From Candidatus Kapaibacterium sp. (lineage in GTDB: Bacteria > Bacteroidota > Ignavibacteria > Kapaibacteriales > NICIL-2): 64,000 nt of DNA. Both the position numbers and the translations under genes were made by a program. Of this stretch, positions 18,806-27,665 are shown in pieces (positions within the stretch are counted from its first letter, which is position 1; every line of letters begins with the position of its first letter). The stretch spans positions 613,189-677,188 of the forward strand of contig BPHJ01000001.1 of NCBI GenBank assembly GCA_026003475.1, given 5' to 3'. A model generated the notes under the pieces. The model saw nothing but the letters and a program-made list of their open reading frames with translations, was not told the DNA's origin and ran no database searches.

Positions 18806-19319
18806 CCGTGCGGTTGTGCTCTTTGCGATTGCTGCCGTCACAGTTGGTGCACAGCCCAATCCACGCGATGACAAGGCAGCTCAGCGACTGGCTCAATTCA
18901 AGAAATTGAGGTTGATCGAAACACTCGATCTCGATGAGAAAACGGCGGAGAAGTTTTTTGTCCGCTACAACGAAGGCCAGAACAAGATTGACCAAGCGCG
19001 GAAGGATTTGCGTGAAGCGATTCGCCAATTGGAGGATGCCGCTCGTGCAAAGGTCTCCGACAGTGAGCTCAATGCCAAAAGTGACCAAGCAGTCAAACGG
19101 ATGCAAGACTTTGCTGCTGCCGTTGTTGAGCGATTGAATGCAGTGCGCCCGCTGCTGAGTCCCGAACAGTATGCCAAGCTTGTCGTGTTCGAGGTGCGCT
19201 TTACCGAAGCGCTCCAGCGAGCATTGATCGAAGGGCGCGCCCCGCGTCCAGGTGACGGGCCCCCGCGTCCAGGCGACCGCGATCGTCGTCGCCGCCCACC
19301 ACTGGAAGACCCCGACTAA
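18789..19319 (+). CDS. Periplasmic Spy/CpxP-like helical protein (putative sensor of the ECF system)
   Basis: Signal peptide ending VGAQ; LIETLDLDEKTAEKFF..YN and LLSPEQYAKL (LTxxQ-like) motifs. Confidence 0.75.
   Translation: MRPRISRAVVLFAIAAVTVGAQPNPRDDKAAQRLAQFKKLRLIETLDLDEKTAEKFFVRYNEGQNKIDQARKDLREAIRQLEDAARAKVSDSELNAKSDQAVKRMQDFAAAVVERLNAVRPLLSPEQYAKLVVFEVRFTEALQRALIEGRAPRPGDGPPRPGDRDRRRRPPLEDPD
19241..19277 (+). repeat. Short in-frame tandem duplication (21-bp period) encoding PRPGD twice
   Basis: CCCGCGTCCAGGTGAC at 19241 and CCCGCGTCCAGGCGAC at 19262. Confidence 0.7.
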
Positions 19320-20536
19320 CCCAGCAGCGATGCGATCGAGGCTGTCAGCAGGTTCGTCAATGCACCGACCGCCATCGCCCGCCATCCGAGCGCGACAATT
19401 TCGCTGCGCCGCTCGGGGACCAGCGACCCAATGCCGCCAATTTGGATCGCAATCGAACTGATGTTGGCGAAACCACAGAGTGCATAAGTCGCGATCATCG
19501 CTCCGCGTGGTGAGATCGTGCCAGCCGTCAGCATTGCCGACAGGTCGGTGTAGGCGACGAACTCATTGGCAATGATTTTCGTACCCAGCAGTTGTGCGAC
19601 GTTCTGGACATCGGCAGCGGGCACACCGAGCAGATATGCCATCGGCAGAAATAACCAACCAAGCAATTGGCGCAAGGAGCTGGGCATCGGCGGGAAGAGT
19701 GAATGCAGCCATGCAAAGCCAGCATCGAGCAGTGCCATGAGCGCAATAAATGCCAGCAGCATCGCAATGACATTGAGCGCGAGCATCAAGCCATCGCGTG
19801 CACCACTGGTGGCTGCGTCGAGCAAGGAGCTGGTAGTCCGAGTGCTACGGTACGAGTCCATCGAAAGCTCAGCACCGGTCGGGGGAAGGGCAAGCTTGGC
19901 AAGCATCAAGCCACCAGGAGCAGAGAGAATCGAAGCAGTAATGAGCGCTTGGGCGGAAATGCCAAGTTGGATGTATGCTCCAAGTACTGAACCCGCAATT
20001 GTCGCAAAACCACCGACCATGATCGCGTGCAGTTCCGAGATGGTCGCCGTCTGCAGGTAGTGCCGAACAAGGATGGGTGCTTCGGTCTGGCCGAGAAAAA
20101 TATTCGCAGCCGCTGAGAGCGATTCTGGTCCCGAAGTTCGCATCGTTCGTGCCATCACCCATGCAACGCCATAGACAACTCGTTGGATGATGCCCAAGTG
20201 ATAGAGAATGCTGATGACCGACGAGAAAAAAATAATCGTTGGTGCGATCAAGAGCGCCACCTGCATCCCGAACAGGTGGCGGTGCTCCGGTTTGACCAGG
20301 TTGCCAAACAGGAATGCAGCTCCGTGGTTGGCAAAGGAGAGAAAACCGGTAACGCCGCGCCCGATCTGCTCGAAGAGTGCAACACCCCAGCTATTCTGAA
20401 TCAACCAGTAGCCCAGGAGCAGTTGAAGCCCAAGACCCCAGAGTAGGACGCGCCACGGCATCGGGCTACCTTTGGGCGCTAATAGGCGTGCAGCAAGCAC
20501 ACAGACAACGATCCCCCCAAGAGCTATCCACCGCAT
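19316..20536 (-). CDS. nupC: Concentrative nucleoside transporter (CNT/NupC family)
   Basis: IIFFSSVISILYHLG, ESLSAAANIFLGQTEAP, GFATIAGS, NEFVAY, YALCGFANISSIAIQIGG. Confidence 0.93.
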   Translation of the reverse strand: MRWIALGGIVVCVLAARLLAPKGSPMPWRVLLWGLGLQLLLGYWLIQNSWGVALFEQIGRGVTGFLSFANHGAAFLFGNLVKPEHRHLFGMQVALLIAPTIIFFSSVISILYHLGIIQRVVYGVAWVMARTMRTSGPESLSAAANIFLGQTEAPILVRHYLQTATISELHAIMVGGFATIAGSVLGAYIQLGISAQALITASILSAPGGLMLAKLALPPTGAELSMDSYRSTRTTSSLLDAATSGARDGLMLALNVIAMLLAFIALMALLDAGFAWLHSLFPPMPSSLRQLLGWLFLPMAYLLGVPAADVQNVAQLLGTKIIANEFVAYTDLSAMLTAGTISPRGAMIATYALCGFANISSIAIQIGGIGSLVPERRSEIVALGWRAMAVGALTNLLTASIASLLG

Positions 20537-20542
20537 ACGTGC

Positions 20543-22375
20543 CTATTCAACCGTGACCGACTTGGCAAGATTCCGAGGCTTATCCACGTCGCATCCACGT
20601 GCGACAGCGATGTAGTATGCCAAAAGCTGCAGTGGGATGGTCGTGACCATTGGTGTCAGCAGGGGATGCGTCGCCGGAACAGTGATGACATGGTCTGCCA
20701 GCGATGCAATTCGCCGATCGCCCTCGGTGGCAATTGCGATGATTCGCCCATGCCGTGCCTTGACTTCTTGAATGTTCGAGATGATCTTCTCGTAGATTTC
20801 GTCTTGGGTGGCAAGGAAAATCACGGGCATGTTCTCGTCAATGAGTGCGATTGGGCCGTGTTTCATTTCAGCTGCAGGATAGCCTTCGGCGTGAATGTAG
20901 GAGATTTCCTTCAGTTTGAGCGCACCTTCGAGCGCAACTGGGTAGTTGACCCCTCGTCCCAGATAGAGCGCATTGGTACAGCCGGCGTATTCCTGTGCGA
21001 TGGATTCGATTTCGGCGCTTCGATCGAGGATAGCGGCTATGAGCTGCGGTATCCTGCTGAGTTCACGAGCCAGATGCTGCCCCTGGCTGACTGAGAGATC
21101 GCGTTGCCGGCCTAAGTAGAGTCCCAGCAGGGTCAATACCGCAAGCTGCGACGTGAATGCTTTTGTCGAGGCAACGCCAATTTCGGGTCCGGCATGGAGA
21201 TAGACACCAGCATCAGTTTCACGTGCTATGGTGGAACCGACGACGTTGACAATTCCCAAAATGGTTGCTCCCTTGAGTTTGGCTTCGCGCAGGGCAGCCA
21301 GTGTGTCAATAGTCTCACCCGATTGCGAAATGCCGATGACGATGTCGTCGGGGTAAATCACCGGATTCCGATATCGCAATTCAGAGGCATATTCAACCTC
21401 GACTGGTAAGCGGGCCAAGTGTTCGATGATGTATTCACCCACGAGTGCAGAATGCCATGAGGTCCCGCAACCAGTCAGGATGATACGCTTGGCTGCGCGA
21501 AGTTTATCGGCAACAGCAGTCAGACCTCCGAGTTTGGCATTCCCTTCCTCGAGAAGCAAGCGGCCTCGAATTGAATCACGAAATGTGGATGGCTGTTCGA
21601 AAATCTCCTTGAGCATGAAGTGGGGGAAGTTTCCCCGCTGAATTTGTTCGAGCTCAAAATCAAGCTCATGAATTTCTGGAGAAACAAACTCATCCCCAAT
21701 TGTCTTGGTCACGTAACCATTTCTGCGCAGAATCGCCATTTCGTCGTCGCGGAGATAGACCACTCGGCGCGTGTGCGAAACAATTGCCGAGGCATCTGAG
21801 GCCACGATGTACTCTTCATCACCGATGCCGAGCACAATAGGGGAGCCGCGGCGTGCTGCAATCAAGCAGTCCGGATCGTCGGTACAGATGATCGCAAGTC
21901 CGAAGGTTCCCTCGATTTCCTGCAGAGCGGTACGGACAGCCAGCTCGAAATCCCCAAGCCGATCGTAGAGCATACCGATGAACACCGCCAGAACTTCGGT
22001 GTCCGTTTCGGTTCGGAAATGGTACCCCTCGCGCTCGAGCCGCGCCTTGAGAACAGTGTAGTTCTCGATGATCCCGTTGTGGATCAGGACAATGCGTCCA
22101 TTAGAATCGGTGTGGGGATGCGCATTGATATCGGTTGGTTCGCCATGGGTTGCCCAGCGCGTGTGGCCAATGCCGAGAGTACCGGGAAACGACAGATGTG
22201 CAATTTCAGTGACAAGTTGGGCGACCTTTCCGGCTCGCTTGCAGATGCGGATTGTTGTGCCATCGCTTATGGCGATGCCAGCAGAGTCGTAGCCGCGGTA
22301 CTCCAAGTTCCGCAGACCTTCGAGGACGATCGGCAGTGCTTGCCGCGAACCGATATAGCCAATGATGCCACACAT
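20543..22375 (-). CDS. glmS: Glutamine--fructose-6-phosphate aminotransferase
   Basis: MCGIIG, EYRGYDSAG, GHTRWATHG, SQSGET, VASTKAF, DKPRNLAKSVTVE. Confidence 0.98.
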   Translation of the reverse strand: MCGIIGYIGSRQALPIVLEGLRNLEYRGYDSAGIAISDGTTIRICKRAGKVAQLVTEIAHLSFPGTLGIGHTRWATHGEPTDINAHPHTDSNGRIVLIHNGIIENYTVLKARLEREGYHFRTETDTEVLAVFIGMLYDRLGDFELAVRTALQEIEGTFGLAIICTDDPDCLIAARRGSPIVLGIGDEEYIVASDASAIVSHTRRVVYLRDDEMAILRRNGYVTKTIGDEFVSPEIHELDFELEQIQRGNFPHFMLKEIFEQPSTFRDSIRGRLLLEEGNAKLGGLTAVADKLRAAKRIILTGCGTSWHSALVGEYIIEHLARLPVEVEYASELRYRNPVIYPDDIVIGISQSGETIDTLAALREAKLKGATILGIVNVVGSTIARETDAGVYLHAGPEIGVASTKAFTSQLAVLTLLGLYLGRQRDLSVSQGQHLARELSRIPQLIAAILDRSAEIESIAQEYAGCTNALYLGRGVNYPVALEGALKLKEISYIHAEGYPAAEMKHGPIALIDENMPVIFLATQDEIYEKIISNIQEVKARHGRIIAIATEGDRRIASLADHVITVPATHPLLTPMVTTIPLQLLAYYIAVARGCDVDKPRNLAKSVTVE

Positions 22376-22403
22376 AGACTTGGTATCGAAGAGTTCAACT
22401 GTT

Positions 22404-22411
22404 CAAAATTA
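22404..22411 (-). promoter_or_regulatory. Bacteroidota-type -7 promoter element upstream of glmS
   Basis: TAATTTTG on the minus strand, 28 nt before the glmS ATG. Confidence 0.6.
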
Positions 22412-22476
22412 TCACCGCTGCTCGGCTGTCGGTTGGTGCGCTGGTCGAGGTGACGTAGAATGCTGGAACGGTGTGA

Positions 22477-25026
22477 TTATTGGAAAATCGGCGTGCTGCG
22501 CTTTTCAATCTTGAGATCGCGGAGCACATTGGCGACGGGATTGAGCACCAAGTAGAAACCGCTATTGATGCCCGTCGGATACCACACAAAGCTCAGCGCC
22601 CAACAGTGGAGTTGTTTCGTGATGCGGATGTTGAGCCCACTCACGGAACGGTTGAGTATGTCATAGGCAAAGCCACCGGAAACATTCCAGGTCTGTGTCA
22701 CTTGCAGGCTTCCCGAGGCAGAGAGATTGAACTGTTCGGTTGCTGGTTGCGCCTCGAAAGGGCGGGAGTACGTGTACGAGACATTGAGCGTAACATTCCA
22801 AGGAAACACGGGCGGCGACCATCCGGGCGATTGTTGTCCCCACAAGTCTGGTACAGTCTCTTCGGATTTGAGTCGTTGGCGGAAGCGTTCTCCCAATTGT
22901 TCGGCACTGGAGTCTGCTCGAGTGCTTGGCGTCGTTGCTTGGGGAGCTGGTACAATACCATGTTGGTTGAACGAGGTTGACAGGTTGAGCGAAAACGAGC
23001 TTATGCGTACTGCTCCACCAAGCCCCAAGCGTTCGGCGCGAAACCGATTGATCTGCCGATACCCGACAACCTGCCCCGTGCTCGATAGTAGTGGCGCTTC
23101 GTCGTAGAGAGTTGTTCGCATAGATGACGACATGGAAAGATTTGCGATCGTCGGAAATCGAAACGTCCAGTTCTGATCGCTGACGCGGAATGAATCGGCT
23201 GCAAAGTTGTACGAACCACTGAGTGTAATGCGGAAGAGTTCAATTTTCTGCGAAGTAGTATCGCTAAACAATTTTCCATCGAAGGCATTGTCGAGCGTGT
23301 AATCGAGCGCTAATGCACGACTGCGCGGAGCAATCCCTCCACCATCGAGTGCAAAGCGAGAATATTGCACGCGCTGTTCAGCACGGTTGGAGTCTGCAGG
23401 TACTGTGTACCAATCGTAGAAGCCGTAACGCGGCGAACTGAGATCGGGAGTTATTCGCAGCGAGAGCGTTGGGATGATGGTGTGGCGGAGTGCAAACTGT
23501 TTGGTCACAAAAAGTGGCGTTCCGTAGAGCGTTGTCCGAGCCGCGATAGCAGCACTGATGCTGTATTCATTGAAGATGCCAAATTCAACACGGTCTATTG
23601 CCCGACCTGCTTCCGAACTCCATGTGCGGGTTGTACGCCGAGGGTAGGTGTTTGCTCGGATGGAGACCGAAGGGGTTATCGCAAAGTATCCGATCCGTGG
23701 GTTCACCGTTATGCTCGGCGAGTGTTGAACGATGCCGCTCCACCGGACCGAGTCGTAGGGCATTGGAGCAGAGCCGACATCCCGTGCGATTGTGGCGGCA
23801 GCATTGGCGTTGTAGCTGAGAGTCAACGTTGAAAGCCAGTTCGAGCTGGGGAGCACACCGCGGAGCGGCATCCAGGAAGGCACTGTCAACGAGAGCGTTG
23901 TTCGATTATCGTTGGCATTGGTGAGGATGTTTTGATTCCGAAGGTAGTTGAGTGAAATACCAACACCGCTTTCGAATGTGTGGGATATGCCGGCGCTGGA
24001 GGTAACGTTGCCAAGAATGCGTTGGTCGAGTGCATACTGAGTGGAGGCGATGTATCCCTGCGAAAGGAAGTCCAAGCTTGCTGCAAGTGTTGTGGCTGGA
24101 GAGAGCGTGTGTTGGTGGTTGAGTCGAACGCGGTACTGTTGGGTGTATGGTTCCGTGGGGCTCAACCGAACATTGGCAAACGACACTCCGAGCTGTCCGG
24201 TGTAGGAATACCGCAATGCGTAGTCGAGCGTGGTGTTGAATTCGTAGCCACCCTTGGAGTAGTACGTCCCAGCAAGTAAGACGCCGATGTAGTCACTGGC
24301 TGCCCAGTAGTAACCAAGGTTCGAAAGCATCACACCTCGTTGGGCAGAAAATGCGGGCCGCGGCGTCAGAAACCCCGACTGCCTACCCCCGCGATTCGGG
24401 AAGACCATCCCGATCGGAAGGTAAAACACCGGCATATCCTCGACGACAACTTCGATGTCTTGGAGGAAGATGCGGTCACCGGGCAGAACCTTCATCCGTG
24501 GGGAGCGAAAGTAGAAGTGTGGATGCGGGGCATCGCAGGTAGTGTAGCATCCGTCGGCGACGTAGAGTGTGGTGCTGTCTGCTTTGTAGATTGCAGAGCC
24601 GAAGTAGTAACCGCTTTCGATGCTGGTTTCGCCGCGGGTAACCATACCCTGACCGGTTGCGAAATTGTAGGTCATCTGTTGGCCAGCATAGCTTTTGCCC
24701 TGATCGGTCAGAAGCGGATAGTTCCGGCGGTTGCCGAGAGAATCAACCGCTGGAAATGCCTGCAGCGTCTTGGTGGTAAAGTCCACTTCGATGATGCCAG
24801 CATCGAGAGCTTGCTGCTTGTGGTGGAGATGTGCAGTGCCATAGAGGCGGAGCACGCGAGTCGCTGGCTCGAAGGTTACCGAATCCCGAGCGGACGCAAC
24901 CACGATGCTATCGGTCGTCGAACGCTGGACAATGGTGTCAGCGGCAATTCGACGCGTGTCGGGTTGCTGAGCTACCGACGTCGTTCCGATCAACAGCGCA
25001 AGCAGAAGCACGCGCACCATGGTCAC
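22477..25026 (-). CDS. lptD: Putative LPS-assembly outer membrane protein LptD (Bacteroidota/Chlorobiota type)
   Basis: Signal peptide; OstA-like N-terminus with YTTCD..HPHFYF and PN..GRQSGFL.P; beta-barrel C-terminus with LHCW...F.W.P.G and L.DLKIEKR. Confidence 0.8.
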   Translation of the reverse strand: MTMVRVLLLALLIGTTSVAQQPDTRRIAADTIVQRSTTDSIVVASARDSVTFEPATRVLRLYGTAHLHHKQQALDAGIIEVDFTTKTLQAFPAVDSLGNRRNYPLLTDQGKSYAGQQMTYNFATGQGMVTRGETSIESGYYFGSAIYKADSTTLYVADGCYTTCDAPHPHFYFRSPRMKVLPGDRIFLQDIEVVVEDMPVFYLPIGMVFPNRGGRQSGFLTPRPAFSAQRGVMLSNLGYYWAASDYIGVLLAGTYYSKGGYEFNTTLDYALRYSYTGQLGVSFANVRLSPTEPYTQQYRVRLNHQHTLSPATTLAASLDFLSQGYIASTQYALDQRILGNVTSSAGISHTFESGVGISLNYLRNQNILTNANDNRTTLSLTVPSWMPLRGVLPSSNWLSTLTLSYNANAAATIARDVGSAPMPYDSVRWSGIVQHSPSITVNPRIGYFAITPSVSIRANTYPRRTTRTWSSEAGRAIDRVEFGIFNEYSISAAIAARTTLYGTPLFVTKQFALRHTIIPTLSLRITPDLSSPRYGFYDWYTVPADSNRAEQRVQYSRFALDGGGIAPRSRALALDYTLDNAFDGKLFSDTTSQKIELFRITLSGSYNFAADSFRVSDQNWTFRFPTIANLSMSSSMRTTLYDEAPLLSSTGQVVGYRQINRFRAERLGLGGAVRISSFSLNLSTSFNQHGIVPAPQATTPSTRADSSAEQLGERFRQRLKSEETVPDLWGQQSPGWSPPVFPWNVTLNVSYTYSRPFEAQPATEQFNLSASGSLQVTQTWNVSGGFAYDILNRSVSGLNIRITKQLHCWALSFVWYPTGINSGFYLVLNPVANVLRDLKIEKRSTPIFQ

Positions 25027-25808
25027 TTGAGAACAGTCCGTGGGATATTGCTCGGCAGGCGGAATCGGAACGGCACCGTTTGGTGCTGCTCCGCGATGGT
25101 ATCCGGGGTGAGAATCAGTTCCAGGTTGCGCACTGGTGCAACAATCCGAATGCGCGCGGGATAACGCTGGTCGCCCCAGTTCTGATAGTCGCCGTACTCG
25201 ATCGCAAGCAGGAGTCGGTTGTCGGGAAGTTTCCTCTGGTAGGCAACGAGCTCACCGCGGATGTTGACGCGGGCAAGGTCAATGAACGCTGTATCACGGC
25301 AGATAAAGAGCATCGAGCTGTCGTTACTAGTCCGGCCGAATGGAACGTAGCGTGCGGTGTCGAATGGAAGTTCGCAGCGCAAGAGTGCAAAGACTTCTTC
25401 GCGGTGTATCGGAAAAGGAAAGATTGATTCTACTGCAAGGGGAAGCTGTACCTGGTATGCACGTTGGGAGAGTGCTTCGAAAATCATTGTTTCATCGGGG
25501 GTACAGTAGGCACGTGCAGCAACCAATCCTAATGGGCCGTAGATGATTCCCTGGAGCGAATCGCGTCCGGCAAGGAGCAAGCGGAAGGTGCCCTCAGCGG
25601 TTAGCTCTGGTGATCGAAGCTCGATCGAACCCTGCATGGAGCAGTAGGTGCAGAAGGCACGCTGCGATGGAAGGGCAAGCGGTGTGTAGGCTGCAGAGTC
25701 GGTGTGTTTCTGCTGCTGCTGGATGGGTGGCGATAGTACTGTTGCCGATCGACAGGCAGCCAACAGACATAACACCAGTAGGAGAGGAACTTTACCGATA
25801 CGAACCAT
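25023..25808 (-). CDS. DUF4292-like lipoprotein
   Basis: Lipobox LLAAC; RDSL..I..PLG...AR...TPD and YPARIRI motifs; start refined to ATG 25808. Confidence 0.7.
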   Translation of the reverse strand: MVRIGKVPLLLVLCLLAACRSATVLSPPIQQQQKHTDSAAYTPLALPSQRAFCTYCSMQGSIELRSPELTAEGTFRLLLAGRDSLQGIIYGPLGLVAARAYCTPDETMIFEALSQRAYQVQLPLAVESIFPFPIHREEVFALLRCELPFDTARYVPFGRTSNDSSMLFICRDTAFIDLARVNIRGELVAYQRKLPDNRLLLAIEYGDYQNWGDQRYPARIRIVAPVRNLELILTPDTIAEQHQTVPFRFRLPSNIPRTVLK

Positions 25809-25860
25809 GTTCGGCTGCGTAGTTTGCATATGGTCAAGTGCTACAATCTGTGCTGGTCCG

Positions 25861-26340
25861 ATGGTGTACGTGACGCGCCGGACAACGTTTTCGGCATCGC
25901 ATCGGCTGTACAATCCACTGCTCAGCGATGCCGACAACGAACGAATCTTCGACAAATGCAATAACCCAAACGGGCACGGGCATAACTATGTCCTCGAAGT
26001 TACGGTCTGCGGTGTTCCCGATCCGCTAACCGGATACGTGCTGGACTTGAAACGCCTGCGCGATATCATCGAGGAGCATATCATCGAAAAGGTTGACCAT
26101 CGGCATTTGAACGAAGACGTGGACTTCCTTCGCGGCATTATTCCAACCGCCGAGAATTTAGCATGGGCATTTTGGCAAATCTTGGAACAGAAGATTCCAT
26201 CGGGTCGGCTTTACTCGATTCGCGTATATGAATCCGAGAACAACTTCGTCGAATACCGCGGCGAGCCGATTGACGTCCCACGGTACTTAGTGTCCACCAC
26301 TACCACACTGCATGATGACGATGAAATCCTCCAACGGTAA
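25861..26340 (+). CDS. 6-pyruvoyl-tetrahydropterin synthase family protein, PTPS-II (CX5HGH) type
   Basis: FSASHRL, KCNNPNGHGHNY, DHRHLN, PTAENL, VYESENN; start at ATG 25861. Confidence 0.88.
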   Translation: MVYVTRRTTFSASHRLYNPLLSDADNERIFDKCNNPNGHGHNYVLEVTVCGVPDPLTGYVLDLKRLRDIIEEHIIEKVDHRHLNEDVDFLRGIIPTAENLAWAFWQILEQKIPSGRLYSIRVYESENNFVEYRGEPIDVPRYLVSTTTTLHDDDEILQR

Positions 26341-27004
26341 TGGGACCATTGCAACCCGCAGCGATGGACCGCTGAGCGTGCAGCACGTGGCTTTCGATGC
26401 CAATGGTAATATGCCCTTGAGCGAGCAGGAGCGGCAAGCCATGATCGAACAACTTGAGCATAAGTTCGCCGAGGTAATGGACATTTTGCGGATTGATCGG
26501 ACCAGCGACCCCAATAGCCGGGAGACGCCGCGTCGTCTGGCGCGTATGTGGGTCAACGAGCTGTTCATTGGGCGATACACCCCACCTCCACCGGTGACAA
26601 TTTTTCCCAATCGCAGGGAAGTCAACGAGCTGATCATCAGCAAAGGCATCAAGGTTATGTCGGTGTGTTCGCATCATTGGCAGCCAATCAGTGGTACGTG
26701 TACGATTGGCTATATGCCGGACAAATCCATCATCGGCTTGAGCAAGCTCACGCGCATTGTCGAGTGGTTCTCCCGTCGAGGGCAGATTCAGGAAGAAATG
26801 GGCGAGCAAATTGCCGACTACCTCGAAGAGCTACTGCGACCGCGTGCGCTTGGGGTAATCATCAGTGCCAAACACTACTGCATGATTGCTCGTGGTGTGG
26901 AAGCCGACCATGAACACAGCGATATGGTCACCTCGGTCATGCGTGGGCAGTTGCAGCACGATGCTAACCTCCGCAACGAGTTCTTGCGACTTGCGATACC
27001 GTAA
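26312..27004 (+). CDS. folE: GTP cyclohydrolase I
   Basis: ETPRRLARM, CSHH, IGLSKLTRIV, QIQE, HYCMIARGV. Confidence 0.93.
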   Translation: MMTMKSSNGNGTIATRSDGPLSVQHVAFDANGNMPLSEQERQAMIEQLEHKFAEVMDILRIDRTSDPNSRETPRRLARMWVNELFIGRYTPPPPVTIFPNRREVNELIISKGIKVMSVCSHHWQPISGTCTIGYMPDKSIIGLSKLTRIVEWFSRRGQIQEEMGEQIADYLEELLRPRALGVIISAKHYCMIARGVEADHEHSDMVTSVMRGQLQHDANLRNEFLRLAIP

Positions 27005-27007
27005 GCG

Positions 27008-27634
27008 ATGGCTCCGGTGATCTACGAGCGTTGCTTCTGGGAGCAACAGCACCTGGTCGCTGGCATTGATGAGGCTGGCCGCGGATGTCTTGCTGGTCCC
27101 GTTGTTGTTGCCGCTGTTGTGCTTTCTCCCAACGATATCGAGCTTGCTACCAGCGTCAACGATTCGAAAATCCTTCGTCCATCGGTGCGGGAGGAACTCT
27201 TTGCGGCTATAACGCAGAGTGCCATTGAATGGAACGTTACCCTTGCTGATGTGGCTCTCATCGAGGAGAGGAATATTCTCCGGGCAACATTAGAAGCAAT
27301 GCGGGGTGCTGTCGAAGCGTTGCGTACGCCAATCGCGCATGTGTTCGTGGATGGTCCAGTTGCACCACAGCTATCAATACCGGCAACGGCGATTGTCAGT
27401 GGCGATCGGTGCTGCGCTTCTGTAGCAGCCGCATCGATCGTGGCAAAGGTGATTCGGGATCGAATCATGGTCGAACTGGCCCAGCAATATCCAGAGTACG
27501 GGTTCGATCGCCACAAGGGATATGCAACACGGGAACACTTCCACGCACTCGAGCAGTGGGGACCAACACGAGAGCATCGCATGGCATTTCTCCGGAAGTG
27601 GCGCCAGCGCTCAGCGCAGCAACACCTGCTGTAA
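27008..27634 (+). CDS. rnhB: Ribonuclease HII
   Basis: AGIDEAGRGCLAGPV, NDSK, VDG, VAAASIVAKVIRD, HKGYAT. Confidence 0.96.
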   Translation: MAPVIYERCFWEQQHLVAGIDEAGRGCLAGPVVVAAVVLSPNDIELATSVNDSKILRPSVREELFAAITQSAIEWNVTLADVALIEERNILRATLEAMRGAVEALRTPIAHVFVDGPVAPQLSIPATAIVSGDRCCASVAAASIVAKVIRDRIMVELAQQYPEYGFDRHKGYATREHFHALEQWGPTREHRMAFLRKWRQRSAQQHLL

Positions 27635-27641
27635 TTTGCAC
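27627..27641 (+). promoter_or_regulatory. Putative promoter element TGCTGTAATTTGCAC upstream of pyrC
   Basis: Exact copy of the 15-mer at 15477-15491; overlaps the rnhB stop codon. Confidence 0.5.
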
Positions 27642-27665
27642 TCCCAAGACGTTGCACCTTGCCCA

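Noticed and set aside
19241..19277. 21-bp tandem repeat as a CRISPR remnant or contingency locus
   Set aside because: Only two copies, in frame, encoding a low-complexity Pro/Arg tail.
22376..22476. glmS ribozyme upstream of glmS
   Set aside because: The candidate promoter is 28 nt from the start codon, leaving no room, and no ribozyme core is recognisable.
25861..26340. Calling the PTPS gene queD with a preQ1 riboswitch
   Set aside because: The motif is CX5HGH rather than CX3HGH, no queC/E/F is adjacent, and the short divergent spacer has no preQ1 aptamer features.
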